The notes under the pieces are model-generated. The model saw only the letters and a list, made by a program, of their open reading frames with translations, was not told the DNA's origin and made no database searches. From positions 1 to 45,193 of the forward strand of contig JANOCA010000578.1 of NCBI GenBank assembly GCA_031411915.1: 45,193 bases of DNA, written 5' to 3'. A program made the position numbers and the translations under genes. Origin of the DNA: Opitutaceae bacterium (GTDB taxonomy: Bacteria; Verrucomicrobiota; Verrucomicrobiia; Opitutales; Opitutaceae). Shown one piece after another: positions 42,387 to 45,193 of the stretch (position 1 is the stretch's first letter; the number at the start of each line of letters is the position of its first letter).

Positions 42387-45193
42387 ATGAATGACACCGT
42401 CCCGTTTCCAGGCCGCCGTATGGCGCTTCACTTCCTCCGTCTGCTGCCGCTCTGGCTGGCGTTGGCCGGCCCGTTCGCCGCGGGTGTTTTCGCGCAGTCC
42501 GCGGCCACCGGCCGCATCACCGGCCGCGTGTTCAATCCCGCCACTCAGGAGTTCGTCCGCAATGCCGAGCTCACCGTCGTGGGCACGGACATCGTCGCGT
42601 TCTCCGATGGCGACGGCTCCTACGTGCTGCCCAACGTCCCCGCCGGCGCCGTCACCGTCGCCGTCGCCTACACCGGCTACGAGCGCGCGACCGCCACGCT
42701 CACCGTGGGCGCGGGCGCGACGGCGACGCGCGACTTCGAGCTGCAAGGCTCGACCTTCCGCCCCGCCGCGCGATCCGGCACGCCGACGCCCGGGGAGGTC
42801 GTCACGCTGGAAAAATTCGTCGTCTCCAACGAGCGCGAGGGCAACGCCAAGGCCATCATGGAGCAGCGCGCCGCGCTGAACATGAAGAGCGTCGTCGCGT
42901 CCGACAATTTCGGCGACATCACCGGCGGCAACGTGGGCGAGTTCGTGAAATACCTCCCCGGCGTCGTGATGGACTACGTCGATGCCGACGCCCGCTCGAT
43001 CCGCATCAGCGGCCTCGATCCGAAATACGCGGGCGTGAGCGTCGACGGCATGCGCATGGCCAGCGCGGCCTCGGCGACGTTTGCGGGCGGCACGCGCGCG
43101 TTCGAGTTCGAGCAGTCCTCGATCACCAGCATCGAGTCGATCGAGATCAACAAGACGCTCACGGCCTCGATGGACGCCGACGCGCCCGCCGGCACGATGA
43201 ACATGCGCAGCCGAAATGCCTTCGACCGCAAGGGCCGCGAGATCACCGCGAGCGCCACGCTCACCGCCAGCGAGTATGAGCTGAACTGGAAGAAGAGCCC
43301 CAGCCCCGGCGACGGCGAGCACCGCAAGATCCGCCCCGGCTATGTGTTCACCTACGCCGACTCGTTCCGCCAGCGGTTCGGCGTCCAGCTCAGCCTCTCG
43401 CACAACAGCCTGTTCAACGAGCAGGCCGGCATCACGCACACGATTGACACCGGCACCGTCGCGGCGCCCCGCGCCCCGATCATCAACAACCTCACGTTCC
43501 GCGATAATCCGAAAATCACCACGCGCGCCGCCGTGGGCCTGAACCTGGACTTCAAGGTCCTTCCCGGCCTTGTCGCCTCGCTGCGCACCGCCGGCTCGCA
43601 CTTCGAGGACGAGATCAACGCCCGCCAGGTCATCTTCCGCGCCAACACCGCCGACCTCGATCCGGCCTCGACGCTGCTCAACCTCGTCGGCCGCCAGACG
43701 GCCAACATCAACACCCGCCTCGAGACCATCATCGGCCACAGCCACAAGTGGAACGACACGATCACCTACACGCCGAAGCTCGAGTTCAAGCGCGCCGCGG
43801 TCCAGCTCACGCTCGGCGGCGGCTATTCGCGCAGCACGACCCACTACGAGGATCGCCGCACCGGCTACTGGGCCTCGACCAACAACCGCGTCACGCGCAT
43901 GAGCTGGGCCGCCGACCGCAGCAGCACCCGCGACGGCAACTGGCAGATTCGCCAGCTCTCGGGGCCCGACTGGCGAAATATCGCGAGCTACAATCGCGGC
44001 GACGCCAACAACGGCAACATTGGCACCTCCGAGCGCAACGGCCGCAGCCAGGTCTGGCAGGGCTACCTCGACGCAAAGAATACGTTCGACCTCGGCCTGC
44101 CCATCACCGTCCACACGGGACTCAAGTCGCGGCTCACCGTCTATGATCTCTGGAAGTCCGGCGCGCTGACGTGGACCTACGTCGGCCCCGCCCGCAACCA
44201 GCTCGATCCCACGACCGTGATGGCCGTGCACCGCAAGTCCGTCTACGACCCGCAGCAGGGCGACAACGTCGCCGCCCTCGGCATCCCCATCGCCAACGCG
44301 ACGGACATGTATTCGCTGTTCCGCGAGCGCCCGGAGTATTTCACGGAGACCGCGACGAACTTCGCCACGCTCAACACGAGCCCGCGTGCCGTGAAGGAGC
44401 AGATCGACGCCGCCTACGTGGAGTTAAACACCCGCTGGAAGATCATGCGCCTCAACCTCGGTTTCCGCCACGAGCGGACGCGCACCGTCGGGCGCATATT
44501 TGACATAATTCCGCCGGCGGTCGTCCGCCGCCAGCGGCCGGATCTGGTCGCTGGCACGCCCGCCTACATCACCTACCAATACCGCGATTTCGAGCGGCGG
44601 AACCGCTACGGCGGCTACGAGAATGATTTTCTCAGCGGCGGCGTGAAGTTCTCCCTCCGCCCGAATCTCGTCGTGCAGATCGCCGGCAACCAGTCGATCG
44701 GCCGGCCGGACTACAACAACCTCGCCGGCGCGCTCGCGGTGAACGACACCAACTTCACCGTCACGCTGCCCAATCCCGACCTGAAACCGGAGACGTCGGA
44801 CAAGTATTTCGCGAGCGTGCAGTATTACATGGAGCCCGCGGGCAATCTCAGCTTCTCCGTCTACCAGCTCAACGTGGAGAACATGGGCGTGAGCAACACC
44901 CAGATCACCGCCGAGCAGGCCGGCCTCGACGACGATCCGGAATATGTGGGCTACACGTTTTTCCGCCCGTCGAACCTCGACGGCATCCGCAAAATCAAGG
45001 GCCTCGAGCTCGAGTATTCGCAGCAACTGGTGTTCCTGCCCGGCTGGGCGCGCGGCCTCAGCGTGTTCGGATCGCTCACGCGCGCGATTCCCGACGTGCA
45101 GCTCGTCAACGTCGTGCCGAAGGCCGTCAACGGCGGCATCCGTTTCAGCAACCACAAGTTCAACCTCCAGCTCCGCACCACCTGGGCCGCGGC
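42387..45193 (+). CDS. TonB-dependent receptor, 3' end beyond the window (missing from the ORF track)
   Basis: Hand translation from ATG 42387 gives MNDTVPFPGRRMALHFLRLLPLWLALAGPFAAGVFAQSAATGRITGRVFNPATQEFVRNAE, then VTLEKFVV, GNVGEFVKYLPGV, ISGLDP, APAGTMN and PNPDLKPE. The same frame is still open at 45193. Confidence 0.92.
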   Translation, partial: MNDTVPFPGRRMALHFLRLLPLWLALAGPFAAGVFAQSAATGRITGRVFNPATQEFVRNAELTVVGTDIVAFSDGDGSYVLPNVPAGAVTVAVAYTGYERATATLTVGAGATATRDFELQGSTFRPAARSGTPTPGEVVTLEKFVVSNEREGNAKAIMEQRAALNMKSVVASDNFGDITGGNVGEFVKYLPGVVMDYVDADARSIRISGLDPKYAGVSVDGMRMASAASATFAGGTRAFEFEQSSITSIESIEINKTLTASMDADAPAGTMNMRSRNAFDRKGREITASATLTASEYELNWKKSPSPGDGEHRKIRPGYVFTYADSFRQRFGVQLSLSHNSLFNEQAGITHTIDTGTVAAPRAPIINNLTFRDNPKITTRAAVGLNLDFKVLPGLVASLRTAGSHFEDEINARQVIFRANTADLDPASTLLNLVGRQTANINTRLETIIGHSHKWNDTITYTPKLEFKRAAVQLTLGGGYSRSTTHYEDRRTGYWASTNNRVTRMSWAADRSSTRDGNWQIRQLSGPDWRNIASYNRGDANNGNIGTSERNGRSQVWQGYLDAKNTFDLGLPITVHTGLKSRLTVYDLWKSGALTWTYVGPARNQLDPTTVMAVHRKSVYDPQQGDNVAALGIPIANATDMYSLFRERPEYFTETATNFATLNTSPRAVKEQIDAAYVELNTRWKIMRLNLGFRHERTRTVGRIFDIIPPAVVRRQRPDLVAGTPAYITYQYRDFERRNRYGGYENDFLSGGVKFSLRPNLVVQIAGNQSIGRPDYNNLAGALAVNDTNFTVTLPNPDLKPETSDKYFASVQYYMEPAGNLSFSVYQLNVENMGVSNTQITAEQAGLDDDPEYVGYTFFRPSNLDGIRKIKGLELEYSQQLVFLPGWARGLSVFGSLTRAIPDVQLVNVVPKAVNGGIRFSNHKFNLQLRTTWAA

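Noticed and set aside
42339-44231. 630-aa minus-strand ORF
   Set aside because: Antisense to the true plus-strand TonB receptor starting at 42387.
1-45193. Prophage, IS, integron or defence island suggested by three TA pairs
   Set aside because: No integrase, transposase, phage or restriction genes; the TA pairs are dispersed among housekeeping genes.

Overview
GC-rich bacterial chromosomal window, most likely Verrucomicrobiota/Opitutaceae. This is an inference from the Opitutus-type TonB-dependent receptors, the DUF1501/DUF1553 cytochrome pair, an ECF sigma factor with a membrane-spanning extension and an Opitutus-like pilin domain. There are about 35 real CDSs. They include two ABC-F ATPases (EttA, truncated by the window edge, and Uup), three type II toxin-antitoxin pairs and three TonB-dependent receptors; the last receptor is absent from the ORF track because it runs off the edge. 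Also present are a TMTC-like GT-C/TPR protein, MsrA, a LysR-controlled cyclase/tautomerase/flavodoxin unit, an MmcB-like/Hsp33/PnuC/NadR-like unit, TcdA, a hybrid histidine kinase, a sulfatase and a CehA/McbA-like hydrolase. I found no rRNA, tRNA, CRISPR array, integrase or transposase. Several GTAG-type REP/REPIN palindromes are present: one lies inside a coding sequence, and another supplies the stop codons of two convergent genes. Two apparent frameshifts (about 1195 and about 40546) may be sequencing errors. The best candidate for an undescribed system is a fatty-acid-hydroxylase/desaturase domain fused to a degenerate HlyIII/PAQR domain, just upstream of a membrane-anchored ECF sigma factor. 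A lipoprotein ending in a type IV pilin domain and a TBDR-TMTC-cytochrome c-DUF1501 run are the next candidates. All family calls come from motif recognition by eye; no database search was run.
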